Of a stretch of 49,976 nucleotides of DNA, positions 48,372 through 49,976 are shown piece after piece; positions within the stretch are counted from its first letter, which is position 1, and each line of letters starts with the position of its first letter. The translations under genes were made by a program, and so were the position numbers. Below the pieces are notes generated by a model. That model was not told where the DNA came from. It searched no databases and saw nothing but the letters and a program-made list of their open reading frames with translations. The stretch lies in the sequence record DRR723986_3131; one strand, given 5' to 3'.

Positions 48372-49808
48372 TTATTTGTTCATTTTAATTACTCCTGCAA
48401 ATGTTGCAGCCCAAATAATTCCATTTTTGTCCTTTGTTACCTTCATTACATGAATGCTAGGAACTTCAGAGTTTTCGGGCGTATATGTTTCCCATTTATC
48501 ATTTTCTATATCGTAACGAATAAGTCCAACGCTATTTAATGCAATCCATAAAACTCCATTCTCTTCGTCAAGCAGGAAATCATTTATATCGTTCTTAGTG
48601 AATAGTTCGGAATTCTTTGGTCTAATAGAAGTCCATTCACCATTTGGTTTTAAAAGCCACATTCCTGCTTTTGTCTTGTCTTTACTGTAAAGGTCGAACC
48701 AAAAGTTACCCTTACTATCTTCAAATACTTGCGAGATTGAGCCTTTTTTTAATGGCGAGTCAGATTCGTTAAATTCAATCGTTTGGTCTTTATCAATTCT
48801 GATATTACCGTCAAATGTTCCAATCCATAAACGGTCTTGATTGTCAAGATAAACACCTGATATTTTATTGGAAGGAAGCGCTGAATTAGAGGTGTCAATT
48901 ACACTCCAATTTTCACCATCATACTTTGCCAAGCCATCCCATGAAGTCAAGAAAACATTGCCATAATTGTCTGAAAAGATTTTTCTTGGCCATTCTATAG
49001 GAGAATTGATTGAGTCATAAACAGTCCATTTATTCCCATCGAATTTATATGCGTCCCAACCTGCCGCTAACCAAATGTTGCCTTTACTGTCCGTTGCAGC
49101 ATGTCTTATTGAAGATGCTATGTTTTGGTTGTATTTGACTGGTTTAATAGCTGAATTTGTAACGTCAAAAATTTCCATTTTCTCATCAGTCATTCTTACA
49201 AGCCCATTATCTGTACCAATCCATATGTTGTTATTAGTTGAAATAACTGTTCTCGTCATATCCCATGGAAGGTCTGAGTTCGACTGAGATAAAACTGTCC
49301 ATTGAACAGACAAATCTTTTTCCTTTGAGCCTTTGATGTCTGGGGTGCCAACAGATTTAAAATTGGTGCTATTCTTAAAGTCAAATGAAACCCTTCTAAT
49401 TCCAAATTTTCCATCTTGAAAAACAAGTTCGAGAGAAACTGAGGCACTTTGAGCCTTATTGTCCTTCATGGAGGGAGTCCATTTAGGCATTGAATTAATT
49501 GCGTTTTGTAATCCAAGTTTTTCGGAAGACACATCTGTGCTGTTCTCAGAGCTTACGAGACATGAATTCCCTAATGTGTCGACTAAAATTTGAACTCTTA
49601 TTAACCCATTTAGTTTTTTGAGAGACTTCTGGTTCAAACCGCTTAGTATGCTCTCAACAGCATCTTGAGGAACTTCAGCTTTTGGTTCACCACAATCAAG
49701 ACAAAAACGGCTCAATTTACACTCATCATATTTTTCAGGATAAAGATGTTGTCCAAATACTGTTTGTACCGTCAAAAAAAGTAATCCGATTAGGAATGTA
49801 TGCTTCAT
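48372..49808 (-). CDS. Cassette 1: secreted protein, TonB C-terminal-like domain + Reg_prop beta-propeller
   Basis: Signal peptide; 'MPKWTPSMKDNK' TonB_C-like; repeated 'D.KGNIW', 'LWIGT', 'NS.LPS' blades. Confidence 0.75.
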   Translation of the reverse strand: MKHTFLIGLLFLTVQTVFGQHLYPEKYDECKLSRFCLDCGEPKAEVPQDAVESILSGLNQKSLKKLNGLIRVQILVDTLGNSCLVSSENSTDVSSEKLGLQNAINSMPKWTPSMKDNKAQSASVSLELVFQDGKFGIRRVSFDFKNSTNFKSVGTPDIKGSKEKDLSVQWTVLSQSNSDLPWDMTRTVISTNNNIWIGTDNGLVRMTDEKMEIFDVTNSAIKPVKYNQNIASSIRHAATDSKGNIWLAAGWDAYKFDGNKWTVYDSINSPIEWPRKIFSDNYGNVFLTSWDGLAKYDGENWSVIDTSNSALPSNKISGVYLDNQDRLWIGTFDGNIRIDKDQTIEFNESDSPLKKGSISQVFEDSKGNFWFDLYSKDKTKAGMWLLKPNGEWTSIRPKNSELFTKNDINDFLLDEENGVLWIALNSVGLIRYDIENDKWETYTPENSEVPSIHVMKVTKDKNGIIWAATFAGVIKMNK

Positions 49809-49827
49809 GTAATTCGTTTGTTTTTAA

Positions 49828-49966
49828 ATGCCCCCCAACACTTATAAATACCCACCTCCGCCTTCCCCCCTCTAAACCTACTAAACTTTTCTAAATCCCA
49901 CATCACCCTTTAGAGTGAATAAACCCACTTTATCCGACAACAAACGGATACTATCGAATACAAACG
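49828..49966 (-). promoter_or_regulatory. attI-like primary site and upstream direct repeats
   Basis: Minus-strand TATTTATAAGT|GTTGGGGGGCAT has no preceding palindrome; direct repeats CGACAACAAACG (49935) and CGAATACAAACG (49955). Confidence 0.55.
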
Positions 49967-49976
49967 ACTAGCTACC

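Larger units (their letters stand above)
44837..49839 (-). mobile_element. Integron-like (rAID-like) gene cassette array: six genes, attC-like spacers
   Basis: Co-oriented single genes bounded by GTT-box/palindrome/AAC-box spacers; AT-rich; attI-like start at 49828-49839. Confidence 0.8.

Noticed and set aside
48226-48453. 75-aa plus-strand ORF, and N-terminal extensions of ORFs to 47568, 46874 and 48236
   Set aside because: These read through attC-like sites; downstream ATGs give clean signal peptides.

Overview
Chromosomal window from a Bacteroidota bacterium. Gene content and intergenic repeat style suggest Cyclobacteriaceae/Algoriphagus-like (inference). From 1 to about 44.8 kb it holds ordinary and accessory genes: an ECF sigma module with a shared TGTAGCG-N16-CGTC promoter, a candidate orphan structured RNA (about 1.28-1.51 kb), four MacB-type ABC permeases (one PadR-linked, two behind a shared sigma-54/enhancer-like motif) with an ATPase and TolC, a SusC/SusD-sulfatase locus, a Gfo/Idh/MocA + DUF1080 pair, a PA0069-type radical SAM, a sulfite oxidase + monoheme cytochrome c, and a GH97 with an atypical active site. 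The main signal is at about 44.8-50 kb: an AT-rich, integron-like array of six co-oriented single-gene cassettes. They are separated by sequence-diverse palindromes that fold better on the non-coding strand, and each begins with a non-canonical GTTR-N5-HAY box. Several cassettes have mutually complementary start and end boxes. An attI-like site lies at the right edge, which predicts a tyrosine recombinase just outside the window. No rRNA, tRNA or CRISPR array was recognised. All family calls come from motif recognition, without database searches.
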